A stretch of 64,000 nt of DNA from an uncultured Acidobacteriota bacterium (GCA_963741955.1 CAVUKB010000010.1:384001-448000); one strand, 5' to 3'. Positions 18,533-28,677 are shown, numbered from the stretch's first letter. The notes: generated from the sequence alone by a model not told the origin. Made by a program: numbers and translations.

Positions 18533-21418
18533 ATGAAAGCACCGCGCAGTCTGGTTTTGATCGCGGTTCTGCTGCTCGCGGCTTCGAGTCTGTTCGCGCA
18601 GGGAACCACATCGACCCTGACCGGTACGGTGACGAATGAGGGACAGCCGCTTCCGGGCGTGACTGTCACCATCTCGTCTCCGGCCCTTCAGGGCACCCGA
18701 TCCTCCGTGACGAATGTCAACGGCGGTTATGTTTTCCCGGCCATCCCGCCGGGCGATTACACGGTCACCTTCGAGATGGAAGGGATGCAGACCGTGAGCA
18801 AGACGCAGCACATCGGACTCGCTCAGAGCGGCTCCGTGAATGCCGACCTGAAACTCTCGAAGGTCGCCGAGGCAATCACGGTCACCGCGAGCGCGCCGGC
18901 AGTGCTCGAAACGCAGGAAGTCCAGTCGAACATCAATTCGAACCTGGTCGACGAGCTTCCGATGGGCCGTACCCTGAACGCCACGACCCTTCTCGCTCCC
19001 GGCACCACCAACACCGGGCCGAACAACGGCGTGGTCATCTCCGGTGCGTACTCGTACGACAACCTGTTCCTGGTGAACGGTGCGGTCACGAACGAGAACG
19101 TCCGCGGACAGTCGCACAACCTCTTCATCGAGGACGCGATTCAGGAGACCACCGTCATGACCGGTGCGATCTCGGCCGAGTACGGCCGGTTCACCGGGGG
19201 CGTGGTCAGCGCGATCACCAAGTCGGGCGGCAACGAGTTCCACGGATCCTTCCGCGACTCGATCACCAACCCGAAGTGGACCGCGAAGACTCCGTACGCA
19301 AGTGAGGCCGATCACCTCGACACGATGAACGACGTCTACGAGGCGACCCTCGGCGGACGCATCATCCGCGATCGTCTCTGGTTCTTCACCGCCGGCCGTT
19401 ACTACAAGACCGACAACCAGGCGCAGCTCGGAATGAGCGACGTCTCCTACACCGTCGGCGACAAAGAGCGGCGCGTCGAAGCAAAGCTCACCGGACAGAT
19501 CACTCCGAAGCACACCCTCGTCGGCTCCTACCTCGACATCAGTCGGGACCAGACGAACAACTGCTTCGTCTACTGTCTCGAGCTCACCAACCTCGACGTT
19601 TCCCGTTCGCTGCCGAACGACTTCAAAGTCGTCCAGTACAACGGCATCCTCACCAACAGCCTCCTTCTCGAGGCCAACTACTCCCAGAAGCACTTCACGT
19701 TCAAAGGCTCCGGCGGAGACTTCCGTGACGAAGTTCACGGCACGGCCGGATACGACGGCATCGTGACGGGCGGCTTCTTCGCGGCCCCGGTCTTCTGCGG
19801 CGTCTGCGATCCCGAGAAGCGCGACAACGAAGACTACGGCGCGAAGCTCAGCTACTACCTCTCGAGCCGGGCGCTCGGCAATCACAACATCGTTGCCGGT
19901 TACGACAACTTCTCCGAGTCGCGTCTGTCGAACAATTACCAGTCCGGCAGCAACTACTTCGTCAACATCTACACGATTCCCTGGACCCGCGGAGCGAACG
20001 GCGCCATGCAGTGGGCCTACGTCCCCGGCGACACGCTGGAATACTGGCCGGTTCTCGAGGCTTCCCTCGGATCCGACCTGACCACCGAATCGCTGTACGC
20101 GAACGACAAGTGGGACCTCAACAGCAACTTCAGCTTCAACCTCGGCGTGCGCTACGACCGGAACAACGCGGTCGACAGCGCAGGTCACACCATCGCCGAC
20201 GACTCGAACATCAGCCCGCGCGTCGGTGCCATCTACGACCTCAAGGGCAACGGCAAATATCGCGTCAACGCGAGCTACAGCCGCTACACCTCCAAGGTTG
20301 CAGAGACGATCGGCAACTCGACTTCGGTTGCAGGCCGTCCGGCATACTTCGAGTGGGATTACACCGGTGATCCGATCAACCTCAATGCCGACGGAACTCC
20401 GGGAAGCATGACCACCGAACAAGTGATGACCCAGATCTTCAACTGGTTCCACAGCATCGGCGGCCTCGACGCAACCCCGAACTACGTTTCGATTCCGGGC
20501 GCCACGTCACGGTTCAACGGGCAGCTTCAGACCCCGTACGTCGACGAGTACCAGGTCGGTTTCGGAACGCAGATCGGAACCAACGGGTTCGCCCGCATCG
20601 ACTACATCAACCGGAACTGGAACCGCTTCTACACCAACGTCCGCGACCTCCAGACCGGCCAGACGCCGGACGGCAACGACATGTCGTGGATCGAGAACAC
20701 CGACTTCTTCGACCGGAAGTACGAAGCCTTTCAGCTGCAGACGGCGTACCGCGCCATCCAGCGCCTGAACCTCGGCCTCAACTACACCTACTCGAAGACT
20801 CGCGGCAACTCGAACGGTGAGACTTCCGGCAGCGGCCCGGTCACCGACACCCTCCAGTACCCCGAGTACTGGCAGGAGTCGTGGAACAACCCGACCGGCT
20901 ACCTCAATACCGACCAGCGCCACAAGCTGCGCGCCTGGGCGGCATACGACCTGCCGACCGCGTTCGGCAACTTCAACTTCTCCGTGCTCGAGCGCTTCGA
21001 CTCCGGCTCGCCCTACTCTCTGGTCGGAACCATTCCGATCCGCGCGTACGTGACGAACCCCGGATACTCCACGCCCCCGAGCTATGAGAACTACTACTTC
21101 TCCGGCCGCGGTGCCGAGCGTTGGGACAACATCACATCGACCGACCTCGGGCTCAACTACGCGCTGCCGATCCACGGCGTCCAGCTCTTCCTCCAGGGCG
21201 AGCTGATCAACGCCTTCAACGAGAGCGCGCAGCTCGGTGGCGACACCACGATCCTGACTGCCCGCAACACGAGCAGCCTCCAGACGTTCAATCCCTTCAC
21301 CGAGACTCCGGTGGAAGGTGTGAACTGGAGGAAGGGTGCGAACTTCGGCAACGCGCTGGGACCGGGAGACTTCCAGACCCCGCGTGAGTACCGCTTCTCG
21401 GCAGGCGTCCGCTTCTGA
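18533..21418 (+). CDS. TonB-dependent receptor-like outer-membrane protein, paralog 2
   Basis: Colinear with paralog 1, with long shared blocks (KVAEAITVTASAPAVLETQEV, ISAEYGRFTGGVV, YRFSAGVRF). Confidence 0.9.
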   Translation: MKAPRSLVLIAVLLLAASSLFAQGTTSTLTGTVTNEGQPLPGVTVTISSPALQGTRSSVTNVNGGYVFPAIPPGDYTVTFEMEGMQTVSKTQHIGLAQSGSVNADLKLSKVAEAITVTASAPAVLETQEVQSNINSNLVDELPMGRTLNATTLLAPGTTNTGPNNGVVISGAYSYDNLFLVNGAVTNENVRGQSHNLFIEDAIQETTVMTGAISAEYGRFTGGVVSAITKSGGNEFHGSFRDSITNPKWTAKTPYASEADHLDTMNDVYEATLGGRIIRDRLWFFTAGRYYKTDNQAQLGMSDVSYTVGDKERRVEAKLTGQITPKHTLVGSYLDISRDQTNNCFVYCLELTNLDVSRSLPNDFKVVQYNGILTNSLLLEANYSQKHFTFKGSGGDFRDEVHGTAGYDGIVTGGFFAAPVFCGVCDPEKRDNEDYGAKLSYYLSSRALGNHNIVAGYDNFSESRLSNNYQSGSNYFVNIYTIPWTRGANGAMQWAYVPGDTLEYWPVLEASLGSDLTTESLYANDKWDLNSNFSFNLGVRYDRNNAVDSAGHTIADDSNISPRVGAIYDLKGNGKYRVNASYSRYTSKVAETIGNSTSVAGRPAYFEWDYTGDPINLNADGTPGSMTTEQVMTQIFNWFHSIGGLDATPNYVSIPGATSRFNGQLQTPYVDEYQVGFGTQIGTNGFARIDYINRNWNRFYTNVRDLQTGQTPDGNDMSWIENTDFFDRKYEAFQLQTAYRAIQRLNLGLNYTYSKTRGNSNGETSGSGPVTDTLQYPEYWQESWNNPTGYLNTDQRHKLRAWAAYDLPTAFGNFNFSVLERFDSGSPYSLVGTIPIRAYVTNPGYSTPPSYENYYFSGRGAERWDNITSTDLGLNYALPIHGVQLFLQGELINAFNESAQLGGDTTILTARNTSSLQTFNPFTETPVEGVNWRKGANFGNALGPGDFQTPREYRFSAGVRF

Positions 21419-21443
21419 TCGGACTCTTCTGAGAGACGTTTCA

Positions 21444-21475
21444 GAGCCCCGGCTTCGGCCGGGGCTTTTTTCTTT
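21444..21475 (+). terminator. Intrinsic terminator
   Basis: GAGCCCCGGC-ttcg-GCCGGGGCTT-TTTT. Confidence 0.88.
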
Positions 21476-21582
21476 GGGCCTCGATCCCGAATAATCCGGC
21501 CGGAACCGTCGTTAGCGACCGACAGATCCGGCGCCCCGAAACCGCGCACCGCGCGCCGGAGAATCGGCCTACGGAACCAGCT

Positions 21583-23718
21583 TTGCGACGACTCGTCCTT
21601 CTTCTCGCTCTCCTCTCGCTCCTCGCGTCGTGCGCGCGTGAACGGCAAAGCGTTCCATCGCCCGCTGCAGCAGCGATCGCTCCGGGCGCTCCGGTCATCC
21701 TCATCTCCGTCGACACTCTCCGCGCGGATCACCTCCCCGCATACGGGTATCGCGGCGTCGCCACTCCCGCCATCGATGCGCTCCGTCGTGATGCGATTCT
21801 CTTCGAAAACGCGTATTCGCAGGTCCCGCTCACGCTTCCCTCTCACAGCTCGATCCTCAGCGGACTTCTCCCCGCGGACGATGGCGTGCGCGATAATCTC
21901 GGGTACCGATTCGACGCCTCGAAGCACCCTACGATCCCTTCGCTCCTCCACGAGGAGGGTTACGCAACGGGCGCCGCAGTCTCTGCGTATGTTCTTCGAG
22001 GCGAGACCGGTCTCGCGCCGGCATTCGATTTCTACGACTCGAACATCGAGGTCCGTCGCGACGAGGCGCTCGGGAGACTGCAGCGACCTGGTACGGAGAC
22101 GATCGCCATCGCGAAAGAGTGGATCGGCGCGAGGGAATCGAAGCCGTTCTTCTTCTTTCTCCATCTCTTCGAGCCGCACACGCCGTACGATCCTCCCGAG
22201 CCGTTCCGCACGAAGTACGCCGCGAATCCGTACGACGGGGAGATCGCTGCGGTCGATTCCGAGCTCGCTGATTTTCTCGGCTGGCTGAGATCCGAAGGAA
22301 TTTACGACCGCGCGATCATCGTGTTCCTCTCGGACCACGGCGAAGGACTCGGAGACCACGGCGAAGAGGAACACGGGATCTTCCTCTATCGCGAAGCGAT
22401 CCACGTACCGCTGATGCTGAAGCTCCCCGGCCGAAAGAGGGCGGGAGAGACGGTGGCGGCGCCGGTCGCGTTGATCGATGTCCTCCCGACCCTCGCTCAG
22501 CTGACCGGATTCTCCCCGCCGGCGGACGCGAAAGGAGTCTCGCTTCTCGCCAGTGCGAACGCCGCTCCGGGATCGCAACGGACGATCTTCAGCGAGACGA
22601 TGTACCCGCGGCTGCACCTCGGTTGGAGCGAGCTGCGATCGCTCGTCTCGGAGCACCTCCACTTCATCGACGCCCCTTCTCCGGAGCTTTACGACGTCGT
22701 CTCCGATCCGCACGAGAAGAGCAACATCGCCTCTGAGCAGCGCCGGCAGCTGGCGACTCTGAAGACCGCGATTGCTCCATTCCGGCGGTCTCTGGAAACA
22801 CCGCAACAGATCGACCCGGAAGAAGCGAAGAAGCTCGCTGCGCTCGGCTACCTCGGCTCCTCTTCCACTCCTGAGGGACCGCTGCCGGATCCGAAAGAAC
22901 GGATCGGCGACCTGGCGGTGATGGACGAGGCCTGGACGCTCGCGAAGAGCGGCCATTCCGACACGGCGATCCGGAAATTCGAATCGTTTCTCCAGAAAAA
23001 TCCGGGAGTCATGGATGCGTGGATCGAGCTGGCAGGTCTCTGCGAACGCTCCGGCAGACTCGGGGAAGCAGCTTCGAGCTACAGGCGCGCGATCGCACTC
23101 TCTCCCGCATCCTCTGCCGGGCCGGCACTCTCTCTCGGCTGGGTGTACCTCCAGATGGGAGAGCTCGATCAGGCCGCGACGCACGCGTCGATCGGCGTGG
23201 CGAGCGACCCGCACGACGCGGAGCTGCTCCTGGGGCGGATCGCTCTCGCGCGGAGAGATCCGGCGGATGCCGCGAAGCACGCCGACGCAGCGATGAGCGC
23301 CCGGCCGACGCGGGTCCGCGCCATGGTGCTGAAGGCCCAGGCACTCACCCTCGAGCGGCGCTTCCCCGAGGCGCTGACGCTTCTCGACGATGCGTCGGCC
23401 CGCGTGCGCAACGGAGAGTCCGAATCGATTCCGCTGCTGGAATTCGCGCGCGGAGACCTCCTCGCCAGGATGGGCCGCCTCGCCGAAGCGGAAACGGCAT
23501 TCCGTGAGGAGATGAAGAGCTATCCGCACGACCGGGAGGCGTGGATCCGTCTCGCCGCTCTGTACGTTCTCGCGGGTCGCAATGAGGAGGCCGATCAACT
23601 CGCGGTACAGATGGTGAAGGCGAACCCCGACCCGTCGAGCGCGAAGATGGCGGCAGACGCGTTTTCGCAGCTCGGCGCATCGGATCTCGCCGCGAAATGG
23701 CGGGCGCGCGCGAAGTGA
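21583..23718 (+). CDS. Sulfatase-like (alkaline phosphatase superfamily) lipoprotein with TPR repeats, paralog 1
   Basis: Lipobox LASC, ISVDTLRADH, VPLTLPSH, FEPHTPY, SDHGE, C-terminal TPRs. TTG start. Confidence 0.88.
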   Translation: MRRLVLLLALLSLLASCARERQSVPSPAAAAIAPGAPVILISVDTLRADHLPAYGYRGVATPAIDALRRDAILFENAYSQVPLTLPSHSSILSGLLPADDGVRDNLGYRFDASKHPTIPSLLHEEGYATGAAVSAYVLRGETGLAPAFDFYDSNIEVRRDEALGRLQRPGTETIAIAKEWIGARESKPFFFFLHLFEPHTPYDPPEPFRTKYAANPYDGEIAAVDSELADFLGWLRSEGIYDRAIIVFLSDHGEGLGDHGEEEHGIFLYREAIHVPLMLKLPGRKRAGETVAAPVALIDVLPTLAQLTGFSPPADAKGVSLLASANAAPGSQRTIFSETMYPRLHLGWSELRSLVSEHLHFIDAPSPELYDVVSDPHEKSNIASEQRRQLATLKTAIAPFRRSLETPQQIDPEEAKKLAALGYLGSSSTPEGPLPDPKERIGDLAVMDEAWTLAKSGHSDTAIRKFESFLQKNPGVMDAWIELAGLCERSGRLGEAASSYRRAIALSPASSAGPALSLGWVYLQMGELDQAATHASIGVASDPHDAELLLGRIALARRDPADAAKHADAAMSARPTRVRAMVLKAQALTLERRFPEALTLLDDASARVRNGESESIPLLEFARGDLLARMGRLAEAETAFREEMKSYPHDREAWIRLAALYVLAGRNEEADQLAVQMVKANPDPSSAKMAADAFSQLGASDLAAKWRARAK

Positions 23719-23804
23719 AGAATTCCACCGCCGCATAGCGGCGCCCTCGGCGCTATCTCCCTCTGGGGTGCGGATCCCGCCCTGCGGGATCCGTCGCGAG
23801 AATC

Positions 23805-24143
23805 GTGTTGTACGCGAAGAAGACCGTGATTTTGGGTGAGCGCGAAGCGTCAGCGCACGCCGACCGGCTGCGCTTCTGCCGCAGATGTGGTCTCGATCCG
23901 CGCCGAACGCGATGAGCGCGGCGGATCAGAGGATCCGCCCCTCGGCGTCGTCTCCCGCTGGGGTGTTGTACGCGAAGAAGACCGTGATTTTGGGTGAGCG
24001 CGAAGCGTCAGCGCACGTCGACCGGCTGCGCTTCTGCCGCAGATGTGGTTTCGATCCGCGCCGAACGCGATGAGCGCGGCGGATCAGAGGATCCGCCCCT
24101 CGGCGTCGTCTCCCGCTGGGGTGTTGTCCGCCCAGAAGACCGT
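23805..24143 (+). repeat. 158-bp tandem direct repeat (two near-identical copies plus a partial third)
   Basis: Unit starts GTGTTGTACGCGAAGAAGACCGTGATT at 23805 and 23963 (2 substitutions seen). A diverged start GTGTTGTCCGCCCAGAAGACCGT lies at 24121. Confidence 0.95.
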
Positions 24144-24290
24144 AACTATGAGTAAGCGCGGAGAATCCGGACGGAGTGGCCGGACCTCGGTCGCCGGTGT
24201 CGTCTCGCCGCATGAGAACGATCACGATTTCGTGACCGGAACCCCCGAATTTTGCACCCTCCGGAGCCGTTGCTGCGGCCCGGAGACCTC

Positions 24291-26418
24291 ATGCGTCGAT
24301 TCGTTTTCGCTCTGCTCGCTCTAGTCCTCGTCGCCTCCGGCTGCAGACGGCCTGACCAGCGCCTGCCGGACTCCGAGCGCGCCCCCGTGATTCTCATCTC
24401 CATTGATACTCTTCGATCGGATCATCTTCCCGCATACGGCTACGCCGGGGTGGCCACGCCGGCCATCGACGCTCTGCGCAGAGATGGCGTCCTGTTCGAA
24501 CGGGCGTATTCGCACGTTCCCCTCACCCTGCCGTCACACGCCGCGATCTTCACCGGGCTCGTTCCTCCGGACAATGGAGTGCGCAACAACATCGGATACC
24601 GCCTCGACGGCACGAAGCACGAGACGATGGCGGCCGCCTTCAGAGCGGCGGGCTACGCGACCGGCGGTGCGGTGTCGGCGTACGTCCTCCGCAGCTCGAC
24701 GGGAATCGCGAGCGGCTTCGACCAGTACGATGATGCGATCGCGAATCGTGCCGGAGAGCCGATCGGCGGCTTGAGCCGGCCGGGTGACGTCACGGAAAAG
24801 ATCGCGCAGAGCTGGATCGAGACCCACGACGCGAAGCCTTTCTTCTATTTCTTCCACATCTACGAACCGCATTTCCCGTATGAGCCTCCGGAACCCTACC
24901 GGACGAAATACGCGAGCTCGCCCTACGACGGTGAGATTGCCGCCAGCGATGCAATCGTCGGGAGGCTTCTCGATCGCCTCCGGGAGAAGGGGCTCTACGA
25001 TCGGGCGGTCATCGTTCTTCTGTCCGACCACGGCGAAGGGTTGAACGATCACGGTGAGCAGGAACACGGCGTGTTCCTCTATCGCGAGGATCTCCAGGTT
25101 CCTCTGATCATCAAGCTTCCCGAAAACGCTCGTGCGGGTTCCACGATCTCCGATCCGGCCGAGCTCATCGACGTCTTTCCCACACTCGCAGCGCTCACCG
25201 GGATCGCTGCGCCCGGAAGGCTGGAAGGCGCCGACCTCTTCTCTCTCCACGCCTCCGCCGTGCCGCGCGACATCTACTCGGAGAGTCTCTTTCCGCGAAT
25301 CCATCTCGGCTGGAGCCCGCTTCAGTCGGTGATTGCAGGCGAGCATCACTACATCGAGGCCCCGCGGCCGGAGCTCTACGACCTGCGCCAGGATCCGCAA
25401 GAGAAAGTCAACATCCTCTCGCAGCAGCGTCGCATCTACGCCTCGCTGAAGAAAGAGGCCGAACGTCATCCGCTGGAGATCGAGCCCTCGTCCGCGGTCT
25501 CTCCGGAGGAGGCTGCGAAGCTCGCCGCTCTCGGCTACCTCGGGGGGTCGAGCAGCGCGAAGGACGGACCTCTCCCCGATCCGAAGGACCACATGGGAGA
25601 GATCAACCTGATGATCGATGCCGGGAGACTCGAAGCGAACGGTCGCCTCGCCGAAGCGATCACCGAGTACCGGAAGATCCTCGCCTTGAATCCGCGGTTC
25701 ACCGACGCGTGGAACAAACTGGGGACGCTGTACGAGAAGAGCGGAGATCTCGAAGAGTCGGCGGCGGCGTACCGGAAGGCGATCGAGCTGATGCCGTCAC
25801 TGGCGGACGAGTACGGCCTGTCGCTGGGAGAGGTTCTCCTGCGCATGGGGCGGTACGAGGAAGCGCGGAAACATGCGGAGCTCGCGATGGCGTCGAGCCC
25901 CGCGGCGGCTCACTCCCTGCTGGGACGCATCGCGCTCGGTCAGGGTGATCTCGGTACCGCCGAGCGCGAAGCGAATGCGGCGATCGACGATCCGAACTTC
26001 CGCCTCGGCGCGATGGTCCTCCTCGCGCAGTGCCGGATCAAGGAGGGGCGGCTGCAGGAAGCGATGCAGCTGCTGGAACGTGAAGAATCCGAGGTGAAGG
26101 CCCGCGGGGTCGAAGCCGGTGGAGCGTTCGGCGTTCCTGCGCGGGCACATCCTGGCGACCAGGGGAGATCCCGCCGGCGCGGAGAAGGCATTCCAGGAAG
26201 AGATCCGGAGATTTCCGCACAATCTGCAGGCGTTCACCACTCTCGCGGCGATCTACCGGATCGAGGGAAGAGCGGACGACGCCGACCGGGTGCTGGACGG
26301 GATGATCGGGGCAAACCCGAATCCGCAGGCATGCGAGGCCGCTGCGTCGAGTCTCGATGCGTTGGACGATCATGCGGATGCGGAGATCTGGCGGAAGCGC
26401 GCCGCGCAGTACCGTTGA
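24291..26418 (+). CDS. Sulfatase-like/TPR lipoprotein, paralog 2, with an apparent +1 frameshift near 26110-26118
   Basis: Lipobox ASGC, ISIDTLRSDH, VPLTLPSH, SDHGE. Similarity to the paralog 1 C-terminus continues in ORF 26119-26418 (FLRGHILA...AEKAFQEEIRRFP vs FARGDLLA...AETAFREEMKSYP). Confidence 0.85.
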
Positions 26419-26452
26419 AACGAGTGCCTCCCGCCGATCCCCGAGCCGGATC

Positions 26453-26866
26453 TCAGTTCTGCGAATTCAGCATCCGCCAGTCGGACTCGAAGGTCTGGAG
26501 CGGGCGGTTCGGCTGCAGCGAGAGTGCGTCGCCTGCGGTTTCCGCCATCGCGCGGAACTTTTCGAGAAGGGCCCGCCGCGCAAGGTTCGGAAGAAGACGG
26601 ATCTCGTCGAGAAGGAGGCGCTCATCTTCGGAAGGGTCAGGGCTGAAGATCTCCTCGTCGGAGAACCCGAAGAATTCACGGTCCGAGACTCCGAACGCTG
26701 CGAGCAGACTCTCGAGCTGACCGATCTTCATCGATTCGATTCGATCTCCCGTCTCGAACGAGCTGATCGACTTGACTCCGATTCCAGAGCGCGCAGCCAG
26801 CTCCTGCTGGGTCCATCCGCGCTCGATCCGCAGATCTCGAAGCTTCAGTACGACGTGCGTTCTCAT
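26453..26866 (-). CDS. XRE-family HTH transcriptional regulator
   Basis: LRDLRIERGWTQQELAARSGIGVKSISSFETG; RBS GGGGAGGA. Confidence 0.88.
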   Translation of the reverse strand: MRTHVVLKLRDLRIERGWTQQELAARSGIGVKSISSFETGDRIESMKIGQLESLLAAFGVSDREFFGFSDEEIFSPDPSEDERLLLDEIRLLPNLARRALLEKFRAMAETAGDALSLQPNRPLQTFESDWRMLNSQN

Positions 26867-26902
26867 CGTGCTTCCTCCTCCCTGGTCGACGCATCTCGCC
26901 GG

Positions 26903-27506
26903 TCAGAACCGACGCATCAGTCCGATCACCCGTCCCTGAATCACGACGTCCGAAGCCCGGGCGAAGATCGGCGCCATCGCCGCGTTCGCCGGCTGCAGCC
27001 GGACCCGTTCCCCTTCGCGGTAGAACCGCTTGAGGGTCACCTCTCCAGCGACCATCGCGACGACCATCTGACCGTTTTCCGCCGATCTGGCTGCGCTCGA
27101 TGATCACGAAGTCGCCGTCGAGGATTCCGTCCTCGATCATCGATTCTCCCCGCACCTTCAGCACGAAATTCTCACCCCGGCCGGTCAGAGAGTCGGGAAC
27201 GGCATAGGTTTCGGCGGTTTCGTGGACCTCCAGGGGGAGACCGGCCGCGATCGTGCCGAGCAGCGGAAGCTCCCGTACCGCCGGCCGTTCGTCGTCCTCC
27301 ACGATCTCCACGCTGCGCTTCTGGTTCCAGTCGCGGCGGATCAGCCCCTTCTTCTCCAGCAGCGAGAGGTGTTTATAGACCGTCCCGTAAGAGGAAAAGC
27401 CGAAGGCATCGCAGATCTCACGGTGCGTCGGGGCGACACCTTTCTTTTTCCGGAAACTCCGGATGAAATCGAGGATGTCGCGCTGTCTTTCCGTCAGGTA
27501 GGTCAT
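26903..27506 (-). pseudogene. lexA: SOS repressor LexA with a +1 frameshift near 27087 (true lesion or sequencing error)
   Basis: MTYLTERQRDILDFI...PTHREIC...IAAG...VRGESMIEDGILDGD. Removing one base gives SAENGQMVVAMV..EVTLKRFY..LQPAN..GRVIGLMRRF*. Span is 604 nt (3n+1). Confidence 0.92.
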
Positions 27507-28456
27507 GACCGCCTCCTCACCGCAAATATGAGCGGTAACGGGGCGTAAGTCAAGAGGAGAGGGGGAACAGGAGACGTAAAAAATCGCCCGATGGCTGTCA
27601 GTGGCTTGGGGTGTGCCGGCGGAAGCGCTGCCGACCACACTTCGATCCGGTTCCGGCCGCTCTCCTTGGCGGCGTAGAGGGCGCGATCGGCGCGCTCGAT
27701 GAGTGAGGCGGAGCTGAAGAGCGCTTCGCGCGGCACGTTGTCCGTCCCGGCGATCCCCACGGACGTGGTGATCCTGACCTCGGCGCCATCGACCCAGCAG
27801 GGGGTGTTCTCGACCCGCTTGCGGATCCGCTCGGCCACCGGATAGGTGTTGTCGAGCGTCGTTTCGGGGAGGAGAAGGCAGAACTCTTCTCCACCGTACC
27901 GGCCGGGAATGTCGTAGACGCGGCAGCTGTCGCGGACGACCTGTCCGATCACCTGGAGGACGCGGTCTCCGACCGGATGACCGAACGAGTCGTTCACCTG
28001 CTTGAAATGATCGAGATCGAGCATCATCAGGGTGAGGGGCTTCTCGTGACGGAGGGCACGGTTCATCTCCGACTCGATCTTGTCGAGCAGATACCAGCGG
28101 GCGTAGAGCCCGGTGAGTGAATCGCGGACCGACAGCTCGGTCAGGGCCCGGTTGCGAACCATCAGCTCCGCATTCTCGCGCTCGAGAAGGGCGAGTCGCT
28201 GCTCGAGGGAGCCGAGGTCCGCCCGGTTGGCCAGGTCCCGCGCGATCAGCCCGAGAAGCTCCGAGGCGAAGAGCCGCTCGACGCCGGCGAAACGGGAACC
28301 GTCCGCGGTGCGGAGGGCCAGATGGGAAAGAGCCCCGGGAGGGGCGTGGACGGAGACGTCGTTCTCGCCGTCGCCCTCGATCAGTTCGAGATTCTTGTCG
28401 AGCAACTGCGAGAATGCGTCGAGCACTGCAGCGATTCGGGGGTCGGCTCGTGGCAT
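27503..28456 (-). CDS. Diguanylate cyclase (GGDEF); true stop may be 27598
   Basis: Coiled coil, DSLTGL, DLDHFKQVNDSFGH, RVYD I-site, RYGGEEF, ADRALYAAK. Confidence 0.93.
   Translation of the reverse strand: MPRADPRIAAVLDAFSQLLDKNLELIEGDGENDVSVHAPPGALSHLALRTADGSRFAGVERLFASELLGLIARDLANRADLGSLEQRLALLERENAELMVRNRALTELSVRDSLTGLYARWYLLDKIESEMNRALRHEKPLTLMMLDLDHFKQVNDSFGHPVGDRVLQVIGQVVRDSCRVYDIPGRYGGEEFCLLLPETTLDNTYPVAERIRKRVENTPCWVDGAEVRITTSVGIAGTDNVPREALFSSASLIERADRALYAAKESGRNRIEVWSAALPPAHPKPLTAIGRFFTSPVPPLLLTYAPLPLIFAVRRRS
27525..27553 (-). promoter_or_regulatory. Putative lexA promoter
   Basis: Minus strand TTGACT-17-CATATT, then RBS GAGGAGG before ATG 27506. Confidence 0.6.
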
Positions 28457-28677
28457 GTGCGCTCCCGGTCGAGAATGAGGATTTTTGGGAAAGTATATCG
28501 CGCGAGCGCGAATTTCTCACGCCATCTCAGCTGCGCTTCTGCCGGGGACGCGGGTGAGGCTGCGGTCGCGCACGCGCCGTAATCCACGTGGCGGATCGGA
28601 GGATCCGTGCCCCCGGCATTTCTGCCCGGAGTGCAGATCGCGCTGCATGCGATGATGAGAAGCCGAAGCTCTCGCGG

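Noticed and set aside
23805-24143. Possible CRISPR array
   Set aside because: The whole 158-bp unit is repeated, there are no unique spacers and no cas genes.
26676-28520. 614-aa ORF suggesting a large LexA fusion
   Set aside because: The N-terminal part is an alternative frame of the GGDEF gene and the tail comes from the lexA frameshift; lexA has its own promoter and RBS.
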